Positions 17,700-27,792 of a stretch of 64,000 bases of DNA are shown one piece after another. Made by a program: the position numbers and the translations under genes. The notes below the pieces were generated by a model that was given only the letters and a program-made list of their open reading frames with translations, ran no database searches and was not told where the DNA came from. Source of the stretch: Prevotella sp. (GTDB taxonomy: Bacteria; Bacteroidota; Bacteroidia; Bacteroidales; Bacteroidaceae). Positions within the stretch are counted from its first letter, which is position 1. The number at the start of each line of letters is the position of its first letter. The DNA is taken from NCBI GenBank assembly GCA_045600885.1, contig JAZRYU010000161.1, forward strand, positions 12,541 to 76,540, written 5' to 3'.

Positions 17700-18464
17700 A
17701 TGAAACTTACGGTAATAAAAGTGGGCGGTGCTGTAGTGGAAGACGCTGAGCAACTGCAACAGCTGCTGAAGGACTTTGCTGCCATAGAGGGTCCGAAGGT
17801 GCTGGTTCATGGTGGCGGCAGACGAGCTACGAAGGTGGCTGAGCGTCTGGGCATTGAGACTAAGATGGTGAACGGCAGACGAATAACCGACAAGGACATG
17901 CTGGAGGTGGTGACAATGGTCTATGGCGGACTGGTGAACAAGAACGTCGTGGCTGGTCTGCAGGCTCTCGGCGTGAACGCTATCGGTCTGACGGGTGCTG
18001 ACGGCAATGTGCTGAAGGCGCACAAACGTCCTGTCAGCGACGTAGATTATGGCTTCGTGGGCGATGTGGACAAGGGCAATCTGGACACGCTCTCCATCCT
18101 TCTCCGCGCTGGCATAACACCTGTAATGGCTCCGCTGACTCACGACGGTCAGGGCAATCTGCTGAACACTAATGCCGACACCATTGCGGCAGAAACAGCA
18201 AAGACTCTCGCCCGCACCTACGACGTTACGCTTATCTACGCTTTCGAGAAGCCGGGCGTGCTCAGCAATCCAGACGACGACAGCAGCGTGATACAGCTCA
18301 TCACTCCTGTCTCTTACAAGAAGCTGAAGGAGGAGGGCGTAGTCTCTGGCGGTATGCTTCCTAAGATAGACAATGCCTACAACGCCATCAAAGCAGGCGT
18401 CAAGGAGGTTATCATCACCAAGGCGGACGCCATCGACGGCGAACACGGAACGAAGATCATTTAA
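17700..18464 (+). CDS. argB: Acetylglutamate kinase
   Basis: VIKVGG, LVHGGG, GRRITD, NTNADT and GGMLPKI motifs. Confidence 0.95.
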   Translation: MKLTVIKVGGAVVEDAEQLQQLLKDFAAIEGPKVLVHGGGRRATKVAERLGIETKMVNGRRITDKDMLEVVTMVYGGLVNKNVVAGLQALGVNAIGLTGADGNVLKAHKRPVSDVDYGFVGDVDKGNLDTLSILLRAGITPVMAPLTHDGQGNLLNTNADTIAAETAKTLARTYDVTLIYAFEKPGVLSNPDDDSSVIQLITPVSYKKLKEEGVVSGGMLPKIDNAYNAIKAGVKEVIITKADAIDGEHGTKII

Positions 18465-18493
18465 CAAATTGATAATTGACAATGGATAAAATT

Positions 18494-18531
18494 AAAAGGT
18501 GCGCGGTAATTTCTTTACCTGCGCACCTTTT
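18494..18531. terminator. Bidirectional intrinsic terminator between argB and ftsZ
   Basis: aaaaggtgcgcggtaa-loop-ttacctgcgcacctttt. Confidence 0.8.
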
Positions 18532-18566
18532 GTACACGATTGCATTATAAGGGAAGGAAAAATGTA

Positions 18567-19883
18567 CTATGCGAAAACGATTTTTCCCGTAGTGTTTATG
18601 TTGTCTGCTGATGTTTCTTCAACTGCTGGAGCAGCCTTCTTGTTCAGAGAGACGGAGTTCTTAAGTTCCTCCACTAGTTTCTTTGAACGAGAATAGGTAG
18701 GAGCCTGCTCTACGGCAGAGATGATGTCGTCATTGTCAAGGTCTGCTGAAGAGAAGAGATAGATGGCTGGACGTCGCTTATAACGTGGAGCGGAGTCTGT
18801 GCCATAGTAATTGTTTCGGCGTTCCTCACGCTGACGTGCCTTTTCCTCCTCAAGAATTCGCTCGTTATCATCCTTATAACGGTCGAGCTTGTTCTGCTGT
18901 TCGTAGATATTGCGGAGTCCGAAGCCTGTAGCAAGGATTGTAACCTTCACGCGTTCTCCGAGTTCCGGATCGAAGGCGAGTCCGAACTTAGTCTCAATAT
19001 TCTCGTCGAACTTATCCATGAACTGATGAACATAGTTCATTTCCTCCATCATCAGTCCTTCGCCGTTCTCGCCCGGAGAAGCAGTGATGCTGAGAAGAAT
19101 CTTGCGAGAGTTATAGACATCGTTATCGTTGAGGAGTGGAGAGTTGAGAGCATCCTCTATGGCATCGCCAAGACGCTTCTCGCCCTCACCATAGCCTGTA
19201 GAGATGATAGCCACGCCGCCATCCTTGATCATGGTGCGGACATCGTTGAAGTCGAGGTTGATATAGCCATGACTGGTCGTAATCTCCGCAATGCTCTTTG
19301 CTGCTACAGAGAGAGTATCGTCAGCACGCTTGAAGGCATCAGCCACGGAGAGAGAAGGATAAATCTGGCGGAGACGCTCATTGTTTATGACGAGGAGAGC
19401 GTCAACATGCTTTGACATTTCGTCAACACCGTCAAGAGCCTTGTCAATCTTACGCGGACCTTCGAAGACGAACGGAATGGTCACAATGCCCACAGTGAGA
19501 ATGTCCTTCTCGCGAGCCAGCTGCGCAATGACTGGAGCAGCACCTGTTCCGGTACCGCCACCCATTCCGGCAGTGATGAAGACCATCTTTGTGCCATCGT
19601 TGAGCATAGCGGAAATCTGATCAACGCTTTCCTCAGCCTTCTGTCTGCCCACCTCAGGGTTGTTTCCCGCACCGAGACCTTCAGCACCGAGCTGCAGATG
19701 AACAGGCACGGGACTGTCTTCAAGTGCCTTCTGATCGGTATTACATACCACAAAAGAGACTCCATTGATGCCTTCGCGATACATGTGATTAACAGCATTG
19801 CTGCCACCACCGCCAACACCAATTACCTTTATAATACTTTTTGCCGACTCCTGAGCCGCAAATCCAAGCGGTTGAAATGCCAT
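18567..19883 (-). CDS. ftsZ: Cell division protein FtsZ
   Basis: [14 protein letters not shown], the GGGTGTG tubulin signature and INLDFNDV. Confidence 0.97.
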   Translation of the reverse strand: MAFQPLGFAAQESAKSIIKVIGVGGGGSNAVNHMYREGINGVSFVVCNTDQKALEDSPVPVHLQLGAEGLGAGNNPEVGRQKAEESVDQISAMLNDGTKMVFITAGMGGGTGTGAAPVIAQLAREKDILTVGIVTIPFVFEGPRKIDKALDGVDEMSKHVDALLVINNERLRQIYPSLSVADAFKRADDTLSVAAKSIAEITTSHGYINLDFNDVRTMIKDGGVAIISTGYGEGEKRLGDAIEDALNSPLLNDNDVYNSRKILLSITASPGENGEGLMMEEMNYVHQFMDKFDENIETKFGLAFDPELGERVKVTILATGFGLRNIYEQQNKLDRYKDDNERILEEEKARQREERRNNYYGTDSAPRYKRRPAIYLFSSADLDNDDIISAVEQAPTYSRSKKLVEELKNSVSLNKKAAPAVEETSADNINTTGKIVFA

Positions 19884-20018
19884 ATATATTTACAAATTAC
19901 AGATTTACAATTTACAATTTGCCTTTATCTTGAGACAAGAATTATCAACAATTTACAAGAATTAATTCAATAATTTTTATTCATAATTTCTGTCTATTGT
20001 TGAATATTGTTTGTTAAC

Positions 20019-21539
20019 TTACTCTTCTGACGTCATGTTATTAAACCAGTTCTTTATCTTCTGGAAGGTAGAGACCTTAGAATTATTCAGACGATCTGCC
20101 TGTTTCCTTGCCTCTTCCTCCTCAGCCTGCCTCTTTGCTTCCTCCTCGGCAGCAATACGTTCAGCCTCGGCAGCAGCCTCTGCGGCAAGTCGCTCAGCCT
20201 CTTCTGCCTCTGCCCTGCGACGCTCTATATCTTCCTTCTCTGCAGCGGAAACGACTACGCCAAAGCCTGAGCCAGAGCGGCGCTGTGACTGTCCGCCAAC
20301 CTCAAAGAGGGAGTCAGAGCCAGAAGCCGTAATATCCACGGCTGCCTCTCCGTCCTGAGTGAAGAGTTCCTCGTTAGGATTATAAGCTTCGCCTGAGCAA
20401 ATCATCTCTCCTTTGGCAAGGATGGCGAGGGCTGTGTTGAGCATACTGTTATGTGCAGAGAGTTCGTCAAGATGAGAAGTGACTGAAAGCTGGACGAACT
20501 TTGCAGTGCGGATTTTCTGAATGCCAGTATAAGCGGCGAAAGCCTTCTCCATATCTGCCATATTGCTGCCACCACCCGTAAGGATGATTCCGCCGAGAAG
20601 GTTGTCGCGATAATGCTTTGGTATCTGGTTCTGAACATTCTCTATGATCTCGCGTACACGAGACTCTACGATTTCGTTGAAGAGAATGTTTGATATTGTC
20701 TTGTCATCGCCACAGCTGTACTGCAGAGCATCGTTTGTATCGACGAACTCGCTGTAGGCTGTGCCGTGCTTCTTCTTCATCTCCTCAGCCACGTGCTCCT
20801 CAATATGCTGCGAAGCGATGTCGCGAGTGATGTTGGAACCTCCGAGCGGAATGACTACGAGATGGCGAAGGATGTTCTTATGATAGACAGCTACCGTTGT
20901 GGTGTCAGCACCAAGGTCAACGAGCACACATCCCGAACGCTTCTCTGCATCGGAAAGCACGCTGTCAGCAAGTGCTATAGGCGAGAGGAACATCTCTGCT
21001 ATCTGCACGCCAGCAGCATTGAAGCAGCCGTTGAGATTGTCGTAGAACTGCTCGCGGCAAAGGATGTTCAGGAAGTTTGACTCCAAGTGATGGCACTGGA
21101 TGCCAACAGGATCTATCTGCAGAAGGGTATCCACCTTATACTCCTGAGTGACGGAATCAAGGATGAACTGACCAGGGTAATTCATCTGGCGGTTAGTCTC
21201 CTGAATCTCGTCAACCATCTCATGGGTTATGGTGTCAACGGTAGGCATATCACGCACAATGACATTGCTCTCGCTATGTATAGACTGTCCTCCGACTCCG
21301 ACGTAAACGCGATTGATGCGAGTGCGAAGCTGTGTCTGAAGACGGCCTACTATGCTGGAAATACACTGGGCAGTCTTATCTATCTTATAGACTACGCCAT
21401 TGCGGATGAAAGACGAAGAGTCTTCACTGATCATGGCGAGCACACTGATACTACCGTCAAGATTCTTCCTGCCGGCTAAACCAGTCACTTTTGACGAGCC
21501 TAACTCTATTGCTACAATGAAATCCTTGTTTGTTGCCAT
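20019..21539 (-). CDS. ftsA: Cell division protein FtsA with an Ala/Glu-rich C-terminal tail
   Basis: AIELGSSKV, VDLGADTT and ILTGGGS motifs; amphipathic C-terminal FQKIKNWF. The track's N-terminal extension is a translated repeat element. Confidence 0.93.
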   Translation of the reverse strand: MATNKDFIVAIELGSSKVTGLAGRKNLDGSISVLAMISEDSSSFIRNGVVYKIDKTAQCISSIVGRLQTQLRTRINRVYVGVGGQSIHSESNVIVRDMPTVDTITHEMVDEIQETNRQMNYPGQFILDSVTQEYKVDTLLQIDPVGIQCHHLESNFLNILCREQFYDNLNGCFNAAGVQIAEMFLSPIALADSVLSDAEKRSGCVLVDLGADTTTVAVYHKNILRHLVVIPLGGSNITRDIASQHIEEHVAEEMKKKHGTAYSEFVDTNDALQYSCGDDKTISNILFNEIVESRVREIIENVQNQIPKHYRDNLLGGIILTGGGSNMADMEKAFAAYTGIQKIRTAKFVQLSVTSHLDELSAHNSMLNTALAILAKGEMICSGEAYNPNEELFTQDGEAAVDITASGSDSLFEVGGQSQRRSGSGFGVVVSAAEKEDIERRRAEAEEAERLAAEAAAEAERIAAEEEAKRQAEEEEARKQADRLNNSKVSTFQKIKNWFNNMTSEE

Positions 21540-21565
21540 TGTCGTGGTTTTGGGGGAATTTAATA

Positions 21566-21639
21566 AATTGATAATTGAGAATTGAGAATGGAAAATAGGC
21601 TGGCGCACAACACTTTCCACTTTTCATTCTTCATTTTTC
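21566..21639. repeat. 7-mer-armed hairpin element, copy 4 (ftsQ-ftsA gap)
   Basis: aattgat aattgag aattgag aatggaa aat, core aggctggcgcacaac, then actttcc acttttc attcttc atttttc. Confidence 0.8.
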
Positions 21640-22521
21640 TTATTGCGGATTTTCTACAGGTCCGCCAACCTGATCGGCTTCTGCCGCAATGCTTTCTTCC
21701 TCAAGCTTCAGTTTCTCTGGGTCAGGAGCATCTACGTTGTACTTATCCTTCTTGCAGATTATCTGATTCTCGAACTCAAGATTTATGTATCCGTACTTGT
21801 TCCATCCAGCCTTAGTAAGACCATAGCGATAGAAGAGTTCAAGACGGTGAAGACGGTTCTTGACATATTCCTCAATGAGCGCCTTATGTTCCTTGTTGTC
21901 GTCAGTCTGCGGCAGCACACCTATATAGACGATATGCTCTCCCACACGAGGAACGAGTTCGATGCCGCCGTTAGAGAGCACGTTTATCTGTTCTATCTGT
22001 GCATTCCAGAACTCATCGTCAGTGATGGTCTGTGCAAGCAGAGAGAGTGAACGCATGGCGAACTTCTTAGAGAACTTTCCTGTGGCGATGATGAGGTCGC
22101 TATTGTAGGAAGCGTTCGGCACGACTCCACCTTTATCGTCAAGGTAATAGTCGCCACCGTCGTCGCCCTTTATTCGGATAACAGGCAGACGCTGCGTAAC
22201 CTCAATGCTCACGAGGGAATCCTTCGACTTATACACCTGAGCAGTATTGATGAAAGGACTGCTCATAAGGAGTTCCTCGATGGTTCTCGGCTCTATGTCG
22301 TCCATGCGCTGCTGATAAGGCCAGCGGTCTTGCTTAAGCAGCATATTCTTTATCTCATTGACATCAAGGAAACCGTTGGTGTTCTTATCTGCAATGTTCA
22401 CTCTAATCTCACGACAGGTCTTGTCGCTGTCATCCGGGTTGTTAAGCACGGTGACTGCGAGAACAAGATAGGCGAGAAGGAGTACGTCTATGATTATTAA
22501 TATGTATTTACGCCAGTTCAA
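21640..22521 (-). CDS. ftsQ: Cell division protein FtsQ/DivIB
   Basis: N-terminal transmembrane helix; VTQRLPVIRI, FWNAQIEQI, ELVPRVG and INLEFENQIIC motifs; position in the dcw cluster. Confidence 0.85.
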   Translation of the reverse strand: MNWRKYILIIIDVLLLAYLVLAVTVLNNPDDSDKTCREIRVNIADKNTNGFLDVNEIKNMLLKQDRWPYQQRMDDIEPRTIEELLMSSPFINTAQVYKSKDSLVSIEVTQRLPVIRIKGDDGGDYYLDDKGGVVPNASYNSDLIIATGKFSKKFAMRSLSLLAQTITDDEFWNAQIEQINVLSNGGIELVPRVGEHIVYIGVLPQTDDNKEHKALIEEYVKNRLHRLELFYRYGLTKAGWNKYGYINLEFENQIICKKDKYNVDAPDPEKLKLEEESIAAEADQVGGPVENPQ

Positions 22522-22565
22522 TAGTTTGGTTTTGGGTTTGGGGATTTTTGTTTTTGGTTTATAGC

Positions 22566-23945
22566 TTAGAGCGACTGAAGCAGAATCTCAGTGAACTCTG
22601 CCATCTGATTGTCGAGGTCGCCAGCGCCAAGCACTACCACCACGTCGGTCTTATTGTTGCGAAGATAGTCTGCCACTTCTTCCTTCTTGATGATAATCTT
22701 CTCCACGCCGTCAGCAAGATTATCGTAGATAAGCTCTGAGCTGACTCCAGGAATAGGAAGCTCGCGGGCAGGATAGATCTCTGTGAGGACAACCTTGTCA
22801 AGGATGCTCAGTGCATCAGCGAAGTCTTTATAGAAATCGCGTGTGCGAGTGTAGAGATGCGGCTGGAAGATGGCGGTGATGTGGCGGTCTTTATAGAGTT
22901 CGCGAAGAGAAGAGGCACTTGCCTGAATCTCTTTAGGATGATGAGCATAGTCGCTAAGAAGCACGCACTTCTCGCTGCGTAATCTGAAGTCAAATCGACG
23001 ATCCACACCGCCATAAGTCTTCATTCCTTCGCGCAGTTCATCCGCCGTACAGCCGTTAAGCTGCGCCATTGCCATAGCAGCAATACCGTTTACAATGTTA
23101 ATAGGGATAGGCTGACCGAGTTCTATTCCCCTCACATTCTCAACCGGCGAGATGAAGTCGAACGTTATGTTGCCATTCTCTATCTTAATATTCTCAGCAT
23201 GGAAGTCGCCTTCATCGCGACTATACTCATATATCTTCACGCCTTCCTGAGGACGAATCTTCACCTCAAGTCCCTTATGAACGATGAGCGCACCGCCTGG
23301 CTGCACAAGTTCTGAGTAATGGGCAAAGCTCTCAAGATAGGCTTCTTTTGTTCCGTAAATGTCAAGATGGTCAGGGTCAGTGGATGTGATGACGCTCATC
23401 CAAGGACGAAGCCAATGGAAGGAGCGGTCAAACTCGTCTGCCTCAATAACCACATAATCAGACTCCTCGGAGAGGATGTAGTTTGTTCCGTAGTTCTTGG
23501 AGATACCACCGAGGAAGGCATTGCAGTCAACAGACGACTGATGCATGATGTGAGCACACATGGTGGATGTGGTTGTCTTGCCGTGAGTGCCTGAGAAGCA
23601 GAGTCCCTTGTGAGAACGTGTCAGCATACCAAGAACCTGAGCACGCTTCTCCACATCAAAGCCGTTTTCCTGGAAGAAGACCAGTTCGGCATGTTCCTTC
23701 GGAATGGCAGGAGTATAGACAACAAGGGTTGTTTCCTTATCCTTACACTCTGCTGGCACGAGGTCAAGGTTTTCTTCGTAATGCACCTGAATGCCTTCTG
23801 CCTCAAGCTGACGGGTAAGGGCTGACGGCGTCTTGTCGTAACCGCCAACAATCTTGCCCTGCTTAAGGAAATAACGAGCTATGGCAGACATTCCGATGCC
23901 GCCAACGCCTACAAAATATACTGATTTTATCTGATCTGCTTCCAT
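22566..23945 (-). CDS. murC: UDP-N-acetylmuramate--L-alanine ligase
   Basis: GVGGIGMSA, GTHGKTTT, EADEFDRSF, DYAHHP and FQPHLYTRT motifs. Confidence 0.96.
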   Translation of the reverse strand: MEADQIKSVYFVGVGGIGMSAIARYFLKQGKIVGGYDKTPSALTRQLEAEGIQVHYEENLDLVPAECKDKETTLVVYTPAIPKEHAELVFFQENGFDVEKRAQVLGMLTRSHKGLCFSGTHGKTTTSTMCAHIMHQSSVDCNAFLGGISKNYGTNYILSEESDYVVIEADEFDRSFHWLRPWMSVITSTDPDHLDIYGTKEAYLESFAHYSELVQPGGALIVHKGLEVKIRPQEGVKIYEYSRDEGDFHAENIKIENGNITFDFISPVENVRGIELGQPIPINIVNGIAAMAMAQLNGCTADELREGMKTYGGVDRRFDFRLRSEKCVLLSDYAHHPKEIQASASSLRELYKDRHITAIFQPHLYTRTRDFYKDFADALSILDKVVLTEIYPARELPIPGVSSELIYDNLADGVEKIIIKKEEVADYLRNNKTDVVVVLGAGDLDNQMAEFTEILLQSL

Positions 23946-23956
23946 ATCTTAGTCAA

Positions 23957-24019
23957 AATCGTAATTCGAAAATTGTAAATGGCAAATGGTAAATGGTAGA
24001 TGGTAGATGGTAAATGCCT
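23957..24019. repeat. 7-bp tandem array (murG-murC gap)
   Basis: aatcgta attcgaa aattgta aatggca aatggta aatggta gatggta gatggta aatgcct. Confidence 0.85.
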
Positions 24020-25126
24020 TTATCTTCCCATCTTTATTACCATATCCGCAATGATGTTTGCAGAATCCGGAAGAGCGAGTTTAAGAATGTTATCGCTCAA
24101 GTTCTTCAATGTAGCATCATCGCCCACAGTAGCCAGAGCAACGCTGATGACCTTCTCTGCAGCCTCTGCATCAGGAACATAGATGGCAGCACCTTTATTG
24201 ACGAGTGCCATTGCGTTCTTTGTCTGATGATCCTCTGCCACGTTTGGAGAAGGAACCAGGATGACAGGCTTGCCGATAAGGCAGAACTCTGAGATACTGC
24301 TTGCTCCAGCACGGCTTATCACGAGGTCGGCTGCCTTATAAGCTGCTGCCATGTCGGCGATAAAATCTGTGTTCTGAAGGTTCTCAGGCCAGCGATTCTC
24401 GTCCATAGCAAGCTTCTTTGCATCTGCTATCTGCTGAGAGTAGTACTTTCCTGTCTGCCAGATAATCTGCACATTGCTATTCTTAATGTCGTGGAGATGC
24501 TGGATGACGCTTTCGTTGAGTGTGCGTGCTCCGAGACTACCACCGACAATGAGAATGGTCTTCTTATTAGGGTCAAGGTTGAACGCCTTCATTGCCTCTT
24601 CCTTCGTTACGGAAGAATCGATGATGTTCTGACGAACAGGATTTCCCGTAAGCAGAATCTTCTCCTCTGGGAAGAAACGCTCCATGCCTTCATAAGCCAC
24701 GCAAATCTTCTTTGCCTTCTTGGCAAGAAGTTTGTTTGTCACGCCAGCGTATGAGTTCTGCTCCTGAATAAGACAAGGCACACCAGCAGCAGCGCATTCG
24801 TCAAGCATTGGTCCGCTGGCATAGCCTCCCACGCCAACAGCAACATCCGGCTGGAAGTCCTTGACAATCTTCTTTGCCATGCGCTTGCTCTTCCAGAGAT
24901 TCCAGAGCACCTTGAAGTTCTTGAGCAGATTCTTGCGGTCAAATCCCATGACAGGAAGACCGACAATCTTATATCCTGCAGCAGGAACGCGCTGCATCTC
25001 CATACGTCCAAGAGCTCCGACAAACAGGATTTCTGTGTCTGGCTTCTGCGCCTTTACGGCATTTGCTATTGAAATTGCGGGGAAGATGTGTCCACCTGTG
25101 CCACCGCCACTGACTATGAGTTTCAT
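24020..25126 (-). CDS. murG: MurG N-acetylglucosaminyl transferase
   Basis: GGGTGGHIFPA, EQNSYAG, GGSLGA, SRAGAS and DHQTKNA motifs. Confidence 0.96.
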   Translation of the reverse strand: MKLIVSGGGTGGHIFPAISIANAVKAQKPDTEILFVGALGRMEMQRVPAAGYKIVGLPVMGFDRKNLLKNFKVLWNLWKSKRMAKKIVKDFQPDVAVGVGGYASGPMLDECAAAGVPCLIQEQNSYAGVTNKLLAKKAKKICVAYEGMERFFPEEKILLTGNPVRQNIIDSSVTKEEAMKAFNLDPNKKTILIVGGSLGARTLNESVIQHLHDIKNSNVQIIWQTGKYYSQQIADAKKLAMDENRWPENLQNTDFIADMAAAYKAADLVISRAGASSISEFCLIGKPVILVPSPNVAEDHQTKNAMALVNKGAAIYVPDAEAAEKVISVALATVGDDATLKNLSDNILKLALPDSANIIADMVIKMGR

Positions 25127-26364
25127 TGTTCTATATTGGCTAATTCAGGATTTTTCTTTGCGGTATGACTTACGCTGAGAATCATTCCGACATATATACA
25201 GTTGAGGATTGTTGACGTACCACCTCTTGAGATAAGCGGCAAAGGCTGTCCGGTAACAGGTCCGAGACCTACTGCCACCATCATGTTGAACATCGCCTGC
25301 GACGTGAGCATCAATGCCAGTCCCATGGCAAGGAAGGCAGGGAAACTGTTTTCACAACGGTTAGCTATCTGTGCCGTTCGGAAGAGCAGGAAAATGTAAA
25401 GCATCAGCACACCAATGGCACCTTCAATACCTAGCTCTTCTATGATGATGGCATAGATGAAGTCGGAGTAAGCCTGAGAAAGCCAGTCTCGCTGAACACT
25501 GTTGCCCGGTCCTACGCCATAGCCATTTGACTTTACGATGGCAATATTGGCATGACCCACCTGAGCATCCTCGTCAAGGTTGAAGTCTTCCGGTGCTACC
25601 TTTCCGCCTTCGGTGAACTTTATGATACGCTTCTTCCATGTACCGAAACGGTGGAATACTTTTCCAAAGAACGATGTCTCTTCCTTCTCCACGACTTTCT
25701 CAGTCATGGCAAGTGCCTCTTTCTGCGCTGGCTCTTCCACCTTACCAAAAGCAAGAATCAGGACGAGGACGAAGGCTGCGAGTGCGCCCAATACTCCGAC
25801 CAACATACCAAGCTGTCGCCAAGGCACTCCGCCAACAACCATCATGGCAAAGACCACCAAGCCCAGGAGAACGGCTGTTGAGAAGTTCTCAAGCAAGATG
25901 AGGAAACATATCGGAATGCTTATAAAGAGTATGTATTTCATGGCGCTCCTGTCTGTGCCACCAGGCGTCTGCATGGCAGAAAGAATCTGCGCTACGGCAA
26001 GTACGGTCACGCCCTTTGCTAGCTCTGACGGCTGGAACTGAATGCCAAAGATCGGAATCCAGCGGTTTGCTCCATTGGTACTCTCACCAAAGAGAAGTAC
26101 CCAGATAAGAGCAACAAAGGAAACTAAGAGCATGATAGGAGTGACAAGCTTGAAGTACCTGCACTTCACATTGCTCACTGCTACCATACAAATAATGCCT
26201 ACAATAAGCAGACTTACGTGCTTCATAATCGGGCCTAAGTAGTTGCCCGATTTATACACCAAGTTGCTTGAAGCGCTAAACACCTCAATGACACTGACGA
26301 TACACAGACAAAAGAATATTATCCATATACCTACGTCACCCTTTTTAAACTTTAATATAGACAA
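25123..26364 (-). CDS. ftsW: SEDS family cell division protein FtsW
   Basis: Multiple transmembrane segments; GANRWI, QPSELAK, SDFIYAIIIEELG and GQPLPLISRGGTS motifs. Confidence 0.93.
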   Translation of the reverse strand: MSILKFKKGDVGIWIIFFCLCIVSVIEVFSASSNLVYKSGNYLGPIMKHVSLLIVGIICMVAVSNVKCRYFKLVTPIMLLVSFVALIWVLLFGESTNGANRWIPIFGIQFQPSELAKGVTVLAVAQILSAMQTPGGTDRSAMKYILFISIPICFLILLENFSTAVLLGLVVFAMMVVGGVPWRQLGMLVGVLGALAAFVLVLILAFGKVEEPAQKEALAMTEKVVEKEETSFFGKVFHRFGTWKKRIIKFTEGGKVAPEDFNLDEDAQVGHANIAIVKSNGYGVGPGNSVQRDWLSQAYSDFIYAIIIEELGIEGAIGVLMLYIFLLFRTAQIANRCENSFPAFLAMGLALMLTSQAMFNMMVAVGLGPVTGQPLPLISRGGTSTILNCIYVGMILSVSHTAKKNPELANIEQ

Positions 26365-26411
26365 ACTTTTAGATATTTATTAGAATCCACCAATAGTTTT
26401 ATGCAGCTTCT

Positions 26412-27743
26412 TTAGCTGTTAAGTGCAATCTCCTTGAACTGCTCGCCACGATCCTCCATGTTCTTGAAGAGGTCGAAGCTTGCGCAGCATGGAGAGAGAA
26501 GAACCGTTGAGCCGTCTTTTGCAAGCTCTTTGCAAGCAGCCATTGCGTCCTTCATTGACTGTGTGTCGCGAACAGGAATGCCGAAACCGTCGAAACTGTC
26601 ATGGAGCTTCTTGTTGTCAACACCCATATAAACGAGTCCAATGCACTTCTCCTTAACGAGGTCGTAGAGCTGAGAGTAGTCGTTACCCTTATCCACACCG
26701 CCAAGAATGAGCACTGTAGGCTGAGTCATGCTCTCAAGAGCATACCAGCAGGCATCAACATTTGTTGCCTTTGAGTCGTTAATGTATGTGATACCCCCAA
26801 CAGTACAGATCTTCTCCAAGCGATGTTCTACGCCAGGGAAATTGCTGAGGCACTTACGCAGTGTGTCGTCCTTCACTCCGGCAATGTGTGCTGCAAGACC
26901 AGCAGCCAGAGAGTTATAGACATTGTGACGACCGCGAAGCGACAGGCTTTCCTGCTCCATATTGAACGGAGTAGGATATTCAAGGATGTACTCGCCATTG
27001 TCAGTATAACCAGAAAGACCGTCGCGCTTGATGTCGCTGAACGGACAGAGCTTTGCCTTGAGGTCGTACTTTGCGAGCTCCTTAGTGATGATTGGGTCGC
27101 CATCCCAATAGATGAAGGCATCGTTCTCCGTCTGGTTCTGCGTGATGCGCATCTTTGAATCCACATAGTTCTGCATGCAGTTGTCGTAGCGGTCAAGATG
27201 GTCTGGAGTAATGTTCATCAGTACGGCGATATCAGCACGGAAATCGTACATGTTATCAAGCTGGAACGAGCTGAGCTCTATAACATAATACTCATGTGGA
27301 GTCTCTGCTACCTGAAGGGCAAGTGAGTGACCGATGTTTCCTGCCAAGCCAACGTCGAAGCCTGCATCCTCAAGAATATGATGGATGAGGGTTGTGGTTG
27401 TGGTCTTACCGTTACTACCGGTAATACAGATCATCTTGGCATTAGTATAACGAGCAGCAAACTCTATCTCGGAGATGATGTTTGTTCCCTGAGCCTTGAG
27501 CTTCTTAATCATCGGAGCTGTGTCTGGAATGCCAGGGCTCTTGATCACCTCATCTGCATTCAGGATCTTCTCCTCTGTATGCTGACCGCTCTCCCACTCT
27601 ATGTCGTGGGAATCAAGCCACTCTATGTATTTAGGTTTGATGGCAGACATGTCTGATACGAACACATCAAAACCTTCCTTCTTTGCCAATACGGCTGCGC
27701 CGGCTCCACTTTCTCCGGCTCCAAGTACTACTATTCGTTTCAT
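26412..27743 (-). CDS. murD: UDP-MurNAc-L-Ala--D-glutamate ligase
   Basis: GAGESG, ITGSNGKTTT, ELSSFQL, NDSKATN and LLSPCCASFD motifs. Confidence 0.96.
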   Translation of the reverse strand: MKRIVVLGAGESGAGAAVLAKKEGFDVFVSDMSAIKPKYIEWLDSHDIEWESGQHTEEKILNADEVIKSPGIPDTAPMIKKLKAQGTNIISEIEFAARYTNAKMICITGSNGKTTTTTLIHHILEDAGFDVGLAGNIGHSLALQVAETPHEYYVIELSSFQLDNMYDFRADIAVLMNITPDHLDRYDNCMQNYVDSKMRITQNQTENDAFIYWDGDPIITKELAKYDLKAKLCPFSDIKRDGLSGYTDNGEYILEYPTPFNMEQESLSLRGRHNVYNSLAAGLAAHIAGVKDDTLRKCLSNFPGVEHRLEKICTVGGITYINDSKATNVDACWYALESMTQPTVLILGGVDKGNDYSQLYDLVKEKCIGLVYMGVDNKKLHDSFDGFGIPVRDTQSMKDAMAACKELAKDGSTVLLSPCCASFDLFKNMEDRGEQFKEIALNS

Positions 27744-27792
27744 ATTTTGCACTACAATTCGTTCGTTATATTTTCTTACAATTCGTTTCGTT

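Noticed and set aside
17622-18482. 286-aa minus-strand ORF
   Set aside because: It is the antisense shadow of argB in a codon-biased gene and has no recognisable motifs.
20030-20260. Ala/Glu-rich repeat-like DNA in ftsA
   Set aside because: It is a low-complexity coding tail of the kind common in Bacteroidota FtsA, not a separate element.
21540-21620. N-terminal extension of FtsA in the ORF track (also extensions of the OMP, S9 peptidase, argB, HU and antitoxin)
   Set aside because: The extensions translate repeat elements or promoter DNA; downstream ATGs fit the family N-termini.
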